A DNA stretch of 35,857 bases from an uncultured Enterobacteriaceae bacterium (GCA_964407355.1 CAYOVM010000005.1:2390-38246); one strand, 5' to 3'; shown: positions 1-9,102, counted from the first letter of the stretch. The notes: a model not told the origin generated them from the sequence alone. Program-made: numbers and translations.

Positions 1-50
1 CCCCCTCTCCGGCGGTAACATCTCAACGCTCGGATACAGGAACGGACGAC

Positions 51-752
51 ATGGCCATCACCCTCTACGACCTCGCCGGCGCCGAAGACGACCGGCGCTT
101 CTCGCCGTACTGCTGGCGCGCGAAGATGGCGCTCAAGCACAAGGGGCTCGAGTTCGAGACCGTGCCGTGGCGCTTTACCGAGAAGGACGCGATCGCGTTC
201 GCCAACTCGAAGACCGTGCCGGTGATCAAGGACGGCGACACGGCGATCGCCGACTCGTGGAACATCGCGGTCTACCTCGACGAGGCCTATCCGCAGCGGC
301 CGGGGCTGATGGACGGCGTCGAGGCGCGCGCGCTCACCGAGTTCGTGAACACCTGGGCGTTCCGCACCCTGCATACGGCGATCTTCCGCGTGCTGGTCCT
401 CGACATCTACGCGCGCATCCACGAGAAGGACAAGGCCTACTTCCGCGAGTCGCGCGAGAAGCGCCTGGGCATGACGCTCGAGGACTTCGGCGCCGAGCCG
501 AAGCAGCGGCTCGCCGACTTCCGCGGCGTGCTCGAGGTCGTGCGCCCGAGCCTCGTGCAGCACCCGTTCTTCTCCGGCCACGGCCCGGGCTACGCCGACT
601 ACATCCTGTTCGGCGTTTTCCAGTGGGCGCGCAGCGTCTCGCCGATCCGCCTGCTCGAGCCCGACGACCCGGTGTACGCGTGGCGCGAGCGCATGCTCGA
701 CCTCTTCGACGGCTTCGCGCGGCAGGCGAAGGGCTACCCGGTCTGGGCCTAG
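51..752 (+). CDS. Glutathione S-transferase family protein, beta-etherase (LigE/LigP)-like
   Basis: 233 aa. N-terminus ITLYDL...FSPYCWR.KMALKHKGL, TVPVIKDG and DSWNIAVYLDEAYP GST motifs; C-terminal GPGYADY...W.ERMLDLFDG. AGGA RBS upstream. Confidence 0.85.
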   Translation: MAITLYDLAGAEDDRRFSPYCWRAKMALKHKGLEFETVPWRFTEKDAIAFANSKTVPVIKDGDTAIADSWNIAVYLDEAYPQRPGLMDGVEARALTEFVNTWAFRTLHTAIFRVLVLDIYARIHEKDKAYFRESREKRLGMTLEDFGAEPKQRLADFRGVLEVVRPSLVQHPFFSGHGPGYADYILFGVFQWARSVSPIRLLEPDDPVYAWRERMLDLFDGFARQAKGYPVWA

Positions 753-757
753 GGAGA

Positions 758-3349
758 TCATTCGGCGTCTTCGCCTTCCGGATCGTCCTCGGCGAGCACG
801 TTCACCTTCTCGTAGACGCGGCAGAGCGTGTGCAGGTCGCAGAAGCGGCAGGTGACGAGCAGGCCGCGCTTCGGATCGACCGCCGCCTCGCCCGAGGCGA
901 ACCCTTTGCCAAGCGCCTCGGCTTCGTCCTTCCACGACTGGAGCAGGGGATGCCACGCCTTCGCTTTCCTCACGCCGCCCAGCGTGTTTTCCTCTTTTGA
1001 AAATCCCATGAAGCGCATCTCGCCGGGGCGCACCTTGGCGAAGGCCACGGCGGCGATCTCCTCCTTCGCCGTGACCGCGTAGATCGGGAGCTGCGGGTCG
1101 GTCGGACGCGGCGGCTCCCAGTGCTTGGGCGTCGGCGAGCGGCTGGTCTTGTAGTCGATGAGGACGTGCCCTTCCTTCACCCTGTCCATGCGGTCGATGC
1201 GCCCCTCGTATTCGATGTTCGAGAACTTGAGGGTTCTTTTCTGTTCGATGGCGACGACCTCGAACGGCGGCCGGGCCTTCTCGATCTCGAGCCATTCGCG
1301 CGCGAGGCGTGCCAGGCGGGCGCGCTCGAGGTCGGCGAAGCGGCCTTCCAAACCGAGATCCTTGACGGCCGCCGCTGCCGCGGCGTCGATGGCCGGGGCG
1401 ATGTCGTTCTGAAGGGATTCGGAATTTTTTAGCGAGCCCCAAAGGCTGGACATGAGTGCGTGAAGCAGCCGTCCGCGGTCCGAGGCATCGAGGCCGTCGG
1501 CGGGCGTCTCCATCTCCTGCGCGCCGAGGCGCCAGTGGGCGAAGGCGCGGAAGGGGCAGGCGGCCTGGTCGGCGAGGACGCGGGTGCCGCCTTTTATTTG
1601 CAGGGCCGTGACCGTGGGCCCTACGGAATCTTCCACGGTCGTTATTTTCTTGAGGGAAAAAATAAGATCGCGGAAACGCGGAAAGGCAGGAATCGAAACC
1701 GGCGCGTCGGGGAAGCCGAGAACGAGCGGGCTTGGCGCGAGCTCCCGGTCCTCGTCTCTGCTGAAGAACGAAAACACCACTTCATCCGCGGCGCGCGCCC
1801 AGCCCTCGGTGATGCGCCGGTCGAGGGCGAGCGAGCTCTCCGGGCTCGCCTGCGGGATGCCGGCCGCCTTTTGCAGCGCCACCGGGATGAACGGGTTCGC
1901 CTGCGCGCGCAGCGGCCAGGCCTCGTCGGTGAGGCCGCTCACCCACAGATGGTCGAGCTCGATCCCCGCCGACTCGAGCACGCCGAGAACCTGGATCGGC
2001 GCTTCGCCGGTCTCCGGCTGAAAAAGGGTGTCGCCGCAAAGCTTTTTCAATTCATTTACTGCTTGTGAAAAACCAATCCGCGAAGACACCCGTTCCAGCC
2101 GCGAAAGCTCGCCCAGCACCTCGTGCAGCTTGGCGCGCGCCTGGAACTCCTCCGAGTCGAGGCCGCGCTCGCCGGGAAAGCCCGCGGCGTCGAGCAGCGC
2201 CGAGAAGTGCCGCGCCCAGTCGGAGGGAGTTCCGGCGGAGCCGGCTTCTTCCCGGCATTTGAAGATTCGCTCGAGCAGCCCTCGCAGGCGCGGCGCGCCT
2301 TCCGCGTTGGCGATCAGCTTCGCGAGGCTCACCGTCGCCTCGAGCTTGCGCCGCAGCCTCACGTCGAGCTTCACGCGGGCCTGCAGCTCGCTCTCCGCGC
2401 CCCCTATGAACGGCGAAAGAATGAGGTTGCTTGCTTCTTCGAAAGGAATCTCCTCCCTCGAAAACTCGATGACCGACAAGGCGAGCGCCACGACCGGGTA
2501 CCGAGCCAACGGCATCCCGAGCGACACGTTGAAAGGCATCGGCGCCTTCGCCGCCCCCGGGAGGTTGTATCCCGGCTGCAGCGTGCGCGAGAAGACGCGC
2601 ACCACTTCGGCGCGGCGCTGCTCGAGCTCGGGCACCACCACGCCGATGCGCGCGAGCGGATTCGCCTCCAGCCGCGCCCTCGCCCACGCGGCGGCTTTCT
2701 CCAGCTCCTCCTTCTTCGACGCGAAGGCGATCCGCGCCGGCGAGCCGTCCCTCGCTTGCGGCTGGCACCCGGCGAGCTCGAACGCGGCGAGGAATTCCTT
2801 CGTCTGCGGCGGCAGGATGTCGAAGCCGTAAGCCACCAGCAGCGCCGGTCTTTTTATTTGATTCTGATTTATCAAACCCAGAACCAGATCGGGCAGGCGC
2901 GCCGAATCGATCCCGGAATCCGTTTTTCTTCTGTAGATCTCGGACCAGGCGAAGAAGGCTTGCGCATCCTCGTTGCCCGGGCCGATCGGGATGCGCCACT
3001 CGTGGGCGAGCTTCCAGGCCTTGCGGCACTGCTCGGCGGTGTCGGCGACGGAGAGCAGACCGGCGTTCGCGACCGCTTCCTGCCACAGCCACCGCTCCTG
3101 CGCGGGCGTGAGGAGCATCGGCAGCTCGGTGGAAATGTCGGAGTACAGCGCGTCCTCGTAGAGCCGCTCGACGAACGAGCCGAACGGGAGGATGTCGGCC
3201 GCTTCCCAGACGGTCCTGCCATGCTCCGCCTGATACGAATCGAAATCGGCGACCAGGGCCTGCGACAGGCGCCGGTTGGGCGTTACGACGGTGATCCGGG
3301 CGGCGTGGCCCAGCGCCAGCTTTTCGAGAAGTTCTTTTTTCTGAAGCAA
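758..3349 (-). CDS. AddB/RexB-like probable DNA repair protein with C-terminal PD-(D/E)XK nuclease and Fe-S cysteines
   Basis: 863 aa, TTG start. N-terminal VVTPNRRL degenerate helicase-like region; nuclease motifs GRIDRMD, LIDYKT, QLPIYA; four Cys (ACPF ... CRFCDLHTLC) as in AddB. Confidence 0.85.
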   Translation of the reverse strand: MLQKKELLEKLALGHAARITVVTPNRRLSQALVADFDSYQAEHGRTVWEAADILPFGSFVERLYEDALYSDISTELPMLLTPAQERWLWQEAVANAGLLSVADTAEQCRKAWKLAHEWRIPIGPGNEDAQAFFAWSEIYRRKTDSGIDSARLPDLVLGLINQNQIKRPALLVAYGFDILPPQTKEFLAAFELAGCQPQARDGSPARIAFASKKEELEKAAAWARARLEANPLARIGVVVPELEQRRAEVVRVFSRTLQPGYNLPGAAKAPMPFNVSLGMPLARYPVVALALSVIEFSREEIPFEEASNLILSPFIGGAESELQARVKLDVRLRRKLEATVSLAKLIANAEGAPRLRGLLERIFKCREEAGSAGTPSDWARHFSALLDAAGFPGERGLDSEEFQARAKLHEVLGELSRLERVSSRIGFSQAVNELKKLCGDTLFQPETGEAPIQVLGVLESAGIELDHLWVSGLTDEAWPLRAQANPFIPVALQKAAGIPQASPESSLALDRRITEGWARAADEVVFSFFSRDEDRELAPSPLVLGFPDAPVSIPAFPRFRDLIFSLKKITTVEDSVGPTVTALQIKGGTRVLADQAACPFRAFAHWRLGAQEMETPADGLDASDRGRLLHALMSSLWGSLKNSESLQNDIAPAIDAAAAAAVKDLGLEGRFADLERARLARLAREWLEIEKARPPFEVVAIEQKRTLKFSNIEYEGRIDRMDRVKEGHVLIDYKTSRSPTPKHWEPPRPTDPQLPIYAVTAKEEIAAVAFAKVRPGEMRFMGFSKEENTLGGVRKAKAWHPLLQSWKDEAEALGKGFASGEAAVDPKRGLLVTCRFCDLHTLCRVYEKVNVLAEDDPEGEDAE

Positions 3350-3350
3350 G

Positions 3351-3722
3351 CTACCGCGCGATCAGGGACTCGATGCGGGCGACTAGCTGGTCGATCGGCG
3401 CGTCCTTGGAGATGGCGGGGCGGCCGCCGAGCTGGCCCTGCTGGATCTGCAGGTCCTGCGGCGAGACGAGCGCCGTGAGGAAGAGCATCGGCATGTCGCG
3501 CAGGTCGTCCTCGCCGTAGACCGCGGCCGAGATGTCGCCGCCGTCCATGCCCGGCATGTCGATGTCGCTCAGGATGAGGGCGGGCTTGTGGGCGCGGGCG
3601 AGCCCCAGCACCTTCTCGGGCTCGGTGGTGGCGACGACGTCGAAGCGCGCGCCGAGCTTCGCGCGCATGAAGTCGAGCACCGCCTCGTCGTCGTCCACCA
3701 CCAGGATCTTGTGCTTGGGCAT
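3351..3722 (-). CDS. Single-domain response regulator (receiver only)
   Basis: 123 aa: KILVVDDD, LILSDIDMPGMDG phosphoacceptor Asp, FLTA. Confidence 0.9.
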   Translation of the reverse strand: MPKHKILVVDDDEAVLDFMRAKLGARFDVVATTEPEKVLGLARAHKPALILSDIDMPGMDGGDISAAVYGEDDLRDMPMLFLTALVSPQDLQIQQGQLGGRPAISKDAPIDQLVARIESLIAR

Positions 3723-3755
3723 AGGCTGAGTTTTTTGCTCCCGGAGCGGATTTTA

Positions 3756-6605
3756 CTAGGCCGGCGCGGCGCTCTCGACGAAGCGCACCTGCGCCGATTC
3801 CAGGTGCCGCCGGACGAACTCGATGCGCTCGGTGAGCTCGTCGCGATCGCCGCCCTCGGCGGTCTGCTCGATCAGGCGGCACTGGGCGGCGGCCCACTTG
3901 AAGCCGTAGAGGGAGAAGCCGCCGGCGAGCTTGTGGGCGAGGCGCCGGGCCGCCGCGCGCTGGCCGCGCGCGAGGGAGACGTCGATCTCGTCGAGGGCCT
4001 TGCGGCGGGACACGAAGAAGGCGGCGAGCGTCGGGCGCAGGTCGACGTCGACCTCCACCGGGTCGGAGGCGGTGGGCAGCTTGCCGGGCTTCGGCTCGGG
4101 CGCGGGGACGGCGTCGCCCGCCAGCAGCTTCCACAGCGTCTCGCGCGGCGCGGGCTTGGTCAGGTAGTGGTCGCAGCCGGCGGCGAGCGCGCGCTTGATC
4201 GAGGCGTCGTCGTCGTTCGAGGAGAAGGCGACGAGGGTGGTGGCCTTGCGGCGCTCCTCCTTCTCGAGCTTGCGGATGCGCTCGGCCGCTTCGTAGCCGC
4301 TCATCACCGGCATCTCGAGGTCGAGGAACACGAAGTCGAAATGCTGGTGGCGCATCGCCTCGAGCGCGGCGCGCCCGTTCACCGCCATCACGACCTCGAG
4401 CGGCGGATTCGGCAGGTAGCGGCGCATCACCAGGCGGTTGAACTCGTCGTCGTCCACGATCAAGACGGCGAGCGGCGGCAGGACCGGCATGCGCGCCGGC
4501 GCGCGGTCGCTGGCGGCGGGCGCGCCCGGGGTCGCCGCCGCCGCGTCCGCCGCCGCCTCGGCGAGCTGCACCGTGAGCGTGGTGCCCTCCTCGATCGAGG
4601 TGCGCATGCCGATGTCCCCCTGCTGCACCCGCGCCATCAGCCGGGCCGAATAGGTGCCCAGCCCCAGCCCGCCCGCCTTGCCCGCGGTGCTGTACTTCTC
4701 GAAGAAGCTCGCGCGCACCTGGTCGGGCACCGCGCCGGCGTTGTGGATGTGCAGCCGCACTTTGCCGTCGCCGGCGTCGAGCTTTACCGTAACGACGCCG
4801 TCCTCGGGCGAGGCTTCGATCGCGTTCTTCAGCAGGTTGGCGAGCATCGAGTAGCACAGCAGGTCCTCGCCGCGCGCGACGATCGGACCGCTATGGCCTG
4901 CCTCGCGCTGCGCCTTTACCGCGACGTTCTTCGAGGCGGCATGGCTGTCCAGGTCGGCGATCACCTTGCGCACCATGTCGTCCAGGTCGACCGCCTGCGG
5001 GCGGAAGGTGTAGGTGCCCTGCTCCATGCGGAACAGGTCCAGCGACAGGTTGACCATGTCGAGCAGGCGATAGCCCGCGCGCTCGACGATGCTCAGGAGC
5101 TGCTGCTCCTCGGAGTCGAGCTTGCGGCCCTCGCGCAGCAGGCGCGGCACGGCGATGATGCTGTTCAGCGGCGTCTTCAGGTCGTGGCGCGACATGCGCT
5201 CGACCTCGTCGCGCAGGCGCACGCTCTCGCGCAGCGCCTCCTCGTAGGCGCGCCGCTCGGTGATGTCGGTGATGGAGCCGATGAAGCGCGTGGCGTCGCC
5301 CCGCGCGTCGCGCACCGACACGCCGACGCCCTCGATCCACACGTAGCGGCCGTCGGCGCGCTGCAGCCGGTACTGGATCGGCTCGTGCAGCTCCTGCGAG
5401 CCCTCCGAGCCCCGGGTGCGCAGGCGCTCGTTGAAGCTCGCCTCCACCCGCACGCGGTCCTCGGGGTGGATGAGGTCGAAGTAGTCCGGCCAGGCCGAGG
5501 TGTCGGCGTCGCTCGGATGGCCGAGGATCTCCTTGAAGCGCGGCGAGTAGTAGATGGTGTGCGCCGCGCCGTCCCAGTCGATGATGCCGACCTGCGCCCC
5601 GCGCACCACCAGCGCGAGCCGGCGCTGCTCGGTGATCAGCGCCTGCTCCATCGCGTAGCGCTCGGTGACGTCGATGCTCGCGATCAGCACGCCCAGCACC
5701 TTGCCTTGCGAGTCGGCCATCGCGGTGCGCGTCTGCATGAAGCGCTTGTCGCGGTAGATCATGTCGGTGACGTCGGAGTGGCCGGCGTCGAGCCCCTTCG
5801 CCATCGCCGCGCGATCGAGCGCGAGCAGCGCCTCGGCGTCGCGCACGCTCGCCCGCGCGCGCGGCGTGGTGCCCAGGACCTCGTCGCGCTTCAGCGAGTA
5901 ATAGGTCTCCCAGGTGCGGTTCACCACCAGGTATTTTCCGTCCGGATCGCGCATCGCCAGCGCCACCGGCACCGATTCGAACAGGTCGTTGGTGAACTTC
6001 GCCTGGTTCAGGGCGCGCCGCGTCTCCGCGTCGAAGGCGCGCGAGAAGCGCCGCGCGAGCGCGACCGCCGGAAGGAGGACGAAGCTGACGAGCTCGAGCC
6101 ACACCGGCGCATAGCCCGCGAGGAGCAGCGGATAGCCCAGCCCGATTCCCGCGATCGCGAGCGGAACGTAGGTGCGGCGCTGGCGCATCGCGTGGACCGT
6201 GGCGGCGAGGGTCATCGCCGCGACCGCGACCGCGAAGAGGCGCATGAACGCGAGGAGCGCGTCCTCGGAGGAGGAGTCCAGGCGCAGCGCCACGATCGCG
6301 GCCGCCGCCCCGATCGTCACCGCCCCGCGCGCGACGTAGCGCTGCCACACGCCCGGATAGAGCTCGGCGGCATAGAGGACGAGGAACGGCCCGGCGAGGA
6401 ACGCGGCCGGCAGGTCGAGGGCATGGCTCTCGCGGACGACGAAGTGGACGGACAGGCACACGCAGAAGAGGCCGAGCCACAGCGGAATCGGGTCGCGCCG
6501 GTGCGCGAAGAACCAGAGCAGCGCGACCAGCGCCATCGCGCCGACGCCGCCGGCGACGATCAGCTTCAGCCCCTCCGCCGTCAACCCGGTCATCCACTCG
6601 GTCAT
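3756..6605 (-). CDS. Membrane-bound hybrid sensor histidine kinase (multi-TM, 2 PAS, HisKA, HATPase, REC, Hpt)
   Basis: 949 aa. About 6 hydrophobic segments; PAS motifs (IHPEDR, YRLQRADGRYVWI); H-box HDLKTPL, N-box NLLKNAIEA, G-box GGLGLG; REC IVDDD/FLDLEMP/LTKP; Hpt AHKLAG. Confidence 0.92.
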   Translation of the reverse strand: MTEWMTGLTAEGLKLIVAGGVGAMALVALLWFFAHRRDPIPLWLGLFCVCLSVHFVVRESHALDLPAAFLAGPFLVLYAAELYPGVWQRYVARGAVTIGAAAAIVALRLDSSSEDALLAFMRLFAVAVAAMTLAATVHAMRQRRTYVPLAIAGIGLGYPLLLAGYAPVWLELVSFVLLPAVALARRFSRAFDAETRRALNQAKFTNDLFESVPVALAMRDPDGKYLVVNRTWETYYSLKRDEVLGTTPRARASVRDAEALLALDRAAMAKGLDAGHSDVTDMIYRDKRFMQTRTAMADSQGKVLGVLIASIDVTERYAMEQALITEQRRLALVVRGAQVGIIDWDGAAHTIYYSPRFKEILGHPSDADTSAWPDYFDLIHPEDRVRVEASFNERLRTRGSEGSQELHEPIQYRLQRADGRYVWIEGVGVSVRDARGDATRFIGSITDITERRAYEEALRESVRLRDEVERMSRHDLKTPLNSIIAVPRLLREGRKLDSEEQQLLSIVERAGYRLLDMVNLSLDLFRMEQGTYTFRPQAVDLDDMVRKVIADLDSHAASKNVAVKAQREAGHSGPIVARGEDLLCYSMLANLLKNAIEASPEDGVVTVKLDAGDGKVRLHIHNAGAVPDQVRASFFEKYSTAGKAGGLGLGTYSARLMARVQQGDIGMRTSIEEGTTLTVQLAEAAADAAAATPGAPAASDRAPARMPVLPPLAVLIVDDDEFNRLVMRRYLPNPPLEVVMAVNGRAALEAMRHQHFDFVFLDLEMPVMSGYEAAERIRKLEKEERRKATTLVAFSSNDDDASIKRALAAGCDHYLTKPAPRETLWKLLAGDAVPAPEPKPGKLPTASDPVEVDVDLRPTLAAFFVSRRKALDEIDVSLARGQRAAARRLAHKLAGGFSLYGFKWAAAQCRLIEQTAEGGDRDELTERIEFVRRHLESAQVRFVESAAPA

Positions 6606-6638
6606 CGAGCCCCCCGACCCGTTGTAGCCGCTTTGGCG

Positions 6639-7928
6639 CTAACGCTCAAGGATCGCCGTCACGCCCTGGCCGCCGGCGGCGCAGATCGAGATCAGCCCGC
6701 GTCCCGAGCCGCGCTCGGCGAGCTGCTTGGCGAGCGTCGCCACGACGCGCGCGCCGGTGGCGGCGAAGGGATGGCCGATGGCTACGCTCGATCCCTTCGG
6801 ATTCAAGCTTTCCCTGTCTATGCTCCCCAGGGCGCCTTTGGCGCCAAGGCGCGTGCGGCAGTATTCCTCGTCCTCCCAGGCCTTGAGCGTGCACAGGACC
6901 TGCGCGGCGAACGCCTCGTGGATCTCGTAGATCTCGAAGTCCTGCAGCGTGAGGCCGGCGCGGCGCAGCATGCGCGCCACCGCGTAGTTCGGCGCCATCA
7001 GCAGCCCCTCCTTCGGCCCGGCCATGCCCACGAAATCCACCGCGGCGGTTTCGGAGTGGGTCAAATAACAAAGAATCGGAATACCGCGAGCCCTGGCCCA
7101 CTCTTCCGAACCCAGCAGGACGCAAGCGGCGCCGTCGGTGAGCGGCGAGCTGTTGCCCGCGGTCAGGGTGCCGGCTTTGCTCTTGTCGAAGGCGGTTCTC
7201 AACTGCGACAGTTTTTCCAGGGACGTATCGCCCCGCACGTTGTTGTCGCGCGTCAGCCCGCAGTACTCGACCGCCAGGTCGTTGAAGAACCCCGCGCGCC
7301 AGGCGGCGTCGGCGTTGAGGTGGCTCCTCAGCGCGAGCTCGTCCTGCTCGCGGCGCGAGATTTTCCACTGCTTCGCCGTCTCCTCGCAGTGCTGGCCCAT
7401 CGACATGCCCGTTCGCGGCTCGCCCACGCCGGGAGGCATAGGTTTTAGATTTTTCAATCTAAATTTTTTCCACGGTTCAATCCTTTCAAGAAAAGACCGA
7501 CCCCGGGCGCTTGCAAGAACTATTTTCTGCAATCCTTTCCCGTAAGACAGGGGAATATCGCTCGCGCTGTCGACGCCGCCGCCGATCGCGCAGTCGATCT
7601 CGCCGAGCGCGATGCGGTAGCCGAGCTGGATGATCGCGGAAAGCGAAGTGCCGCAGGCCCGCTGCAGGTCGTAGGCGGGGGTCGTCGGGTGAAGGCCGCT
7701 GCCGAGGGTCGACTCGCGGGCGAGGTTCCAGTCGCGCGAGTGCTTGATCACGGCGCCGGCGGCGACCTCGCCGACCCGCTCGCCCTTCAAGGCGAATTTC
7801 TCCACCAGCGAACGAAGAACCGCCGTCAGCATGTCCTGGTTGCCGAGCTCGGCGTAGGCCGAATTGGCGCGCGCGAAGGGGATGCGCGTGCCGCCGAGGA
7901 TCGCTACGCGGCGCGGGAGTTGGGGCAT
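6639..7928 (-). CDS. Acetyl-CoA C-acyltransferase (thiolase, FadI-like)
   Basis: 429 aa. Catalytic ACGTSL, NSSPLTDGA, HEAF, GHPFAATG, SICAAGGQG. Confidence 0.93.
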   Translation of the reverse strand: MPQLPRRVAILGGTRIPFARANSAYAELGNQDMLTAVLRSLVEKFALKGERVGEVAAGAVIKHSRDWNLARESTLGSGLHPTTPAYDLQRACGTSLSAIIQLGYRIALGEIDCAIGGGVDSASDIPLSYGKGLQKIVLASARGRSFLERIEPWKKFRLKNLKPMPPGVGEPRTGMSMGQHCEETAKQWKISRREQDELALRSHLNADAAWRAGFFNDLAVEYCGLTRDNNVRGDTSLEKLSQLRTAFDKSKAGTLTAGNSSPLTDGAACVLLGSEEWARARGIPILCYLTHSETAAVDFVGMAGPKEGLLMAPNYAVARMLRRAGLTLQDFEIYEIHEAFAAQVLCTLKAWEDEEYCRTRLGAKGALGSIDRESLNPKGSSVAIGHPFAATGARVVATLAKQLAERGSGRGLISICAAGGQGVTAILER

Positions 7929-7959
7929 GGCGTATTAAACTCGCTTTTAGGAGGGAGGC

Positions 7960-8979
7960 ATGACGGAGGCAGGCATGATAACCACGACTGTAGCGGCCCG
8001 GGGCGCGACTGTAACCATTCGGCGGCTGGCGGCGCTCGCGGCGGTGATCGCCGGATTTTTCTGCGCGCCGGCGCGGGCGCAGGAATTTCCGGCGCGCGAG
8101 CTGCGCGCGATCTGCAACTACGCGCCCGGCTCGGGCGCCGACATCATGGTGCGCTTCTACAGCGACCAGCTCTCGAAGCTCGCCGGCAGGCCGGTGATCG
8201 TCGAGAACAAGCCCGGCGCGAACGGCCAGATCGCCAACGACTTCGTCGCGAAATCGAAAGCCGACGGCTACACGCTGCTCATCACCCCGGTCAGCTCGAC
8301 GCTCACTTCGGCGCCTTATCTCTTCAAAGGGCTCACCTACGACCCGGCGAAGGACTTCGCCGCGGTGACCACCCTCGCGACGGTCGCCTTCGTCATCTCG
8401 GTGGACGCGGCGAAGCCCATCAAGTCGGCTTCGCAGCTCGTTTCCCATCTGAAAACGAAGCCCAACCACGGCTTCTTCGGCGCCACCAGCAACGCCGGGC
8501 TGATCGCGGGCGAGCTGTTCAAGCAGGGCGCGGGGCTCAACACGACGTACGTCCCCTACAAGGCGAACCCGAACGCGCTCGCCGATCTGGTGGGCGGCGA
8601 TCTGGACTTCATCGTCTTCGACTCGACCTGGTCGCTGCAGCAGCAGGCGGGCGGGCGCACCCGCATCGTCGCCGCCACCTCCGCGCGGCGCACCAGCGCC
8701 CTCTCCGACGTGCCGACGCTCGCCGAGCTGGGCTTCGGCGACATCGACGTCTCGCCGTGGTGGGGCGTGGTGGTTCCCGCCGGCACGCCGGCGCCCGTCA
8801 TCGCGCGGCTCGCCGGCTGGTTCAACCGGATCACCGCGAGCGACGAGGCGAAACAGTTCCTCTCGCGCTCCGCCTTCGATCCCTTCCCCGGCTCCCCCGA
8901 ATCGATGAGCGCGCTGATGAAAACCGACGCCGAGCGCTGGGCGCGCTACGTCAAGGCCGCGAAGATCGAGCCGCAGTAG
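7960..8979 (+). CDS. Bug/TctC tripartite tricarboxylate transporter substrate-binding protein
   Basis: Signal peptide, APGSGAD, VENKPGANG, DGYTLL, VPYK, VPTLAELG. AGGAGG RBS, but the true start could be a later codon. Confidence 0.9.
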   Translation: MTEAGMITTTVAARGATVTIRRLAALAAVIAGFFCAPARAQEFPARELRAICNYAPGSGADIMVRFYSDQLSKLAGRPVIVENKPGANGQIANDFVAKSKADGYTLLITPVSSTLTSAPYLFKGLTYDPAKDFAAVTTLATVAFVISVDAAKPIKSASQLVSHLKTKPNHGFFGATSNAGLIAGELFKQGAGLNTTYVPYKANPNALADLVGGDLDFIVFDSTWSLQQQAGGRTRIVAATSARRTSALSDVPTLAELGFGDIDVSPWWGVVVPAGTPAPVIARLAGWFNRITASDEAKQFLSRSAFDPFPGSPESMSALMKTDAERWARYVKAAKIEPQ

Positions 8980-9045
8980 AAATCAGGGACAGACCACGTT
9001 TTCCGAAGCTTCGCGCAGATGAAAACGTGGTCTGTCCCTGATTTC
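8979..9045. repeat. Perfect 25-bp inverted repeat, REP/MITE-like hairpin
   Basis: GAAATCAGGGACAGACCACGTTTTC (8979-9003) and its exact reverse complement (9021-9045). The 17-nt spacer contains the palindrome CGAAGCTTCG. Confidence 0.9.
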
Positions 9046-9102
9046 GGTGGGAGGCTACCGATCTACATCCGCTCCGGGAACCGCGGGATGAAGCCGTCGC
9101 GG

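Noticed and set aside
2857-2876. FNR-like box TTTGAT...ATCAAA
   Set aside because: The spacer is 8 nt rather than 4, and the site is intragenic.
758-3349. Cas4 or defence nuclease
   Set aside because: The Cas4-like Cys/PD-(D/E)XK pattern is shared with AddB. There is no CRISPR array or cas gene, and the long N-terminal region fits AddB.
3588-7448. 1286-aa plus-strand ORF (and similar long ORFs 25344-28364, 23629-25245, 13748-15586, 19367-21313)
   Set aside because: These are antisense shadows of well-supported genes, expected in high-GC DNA, and show no recognisable motifs.
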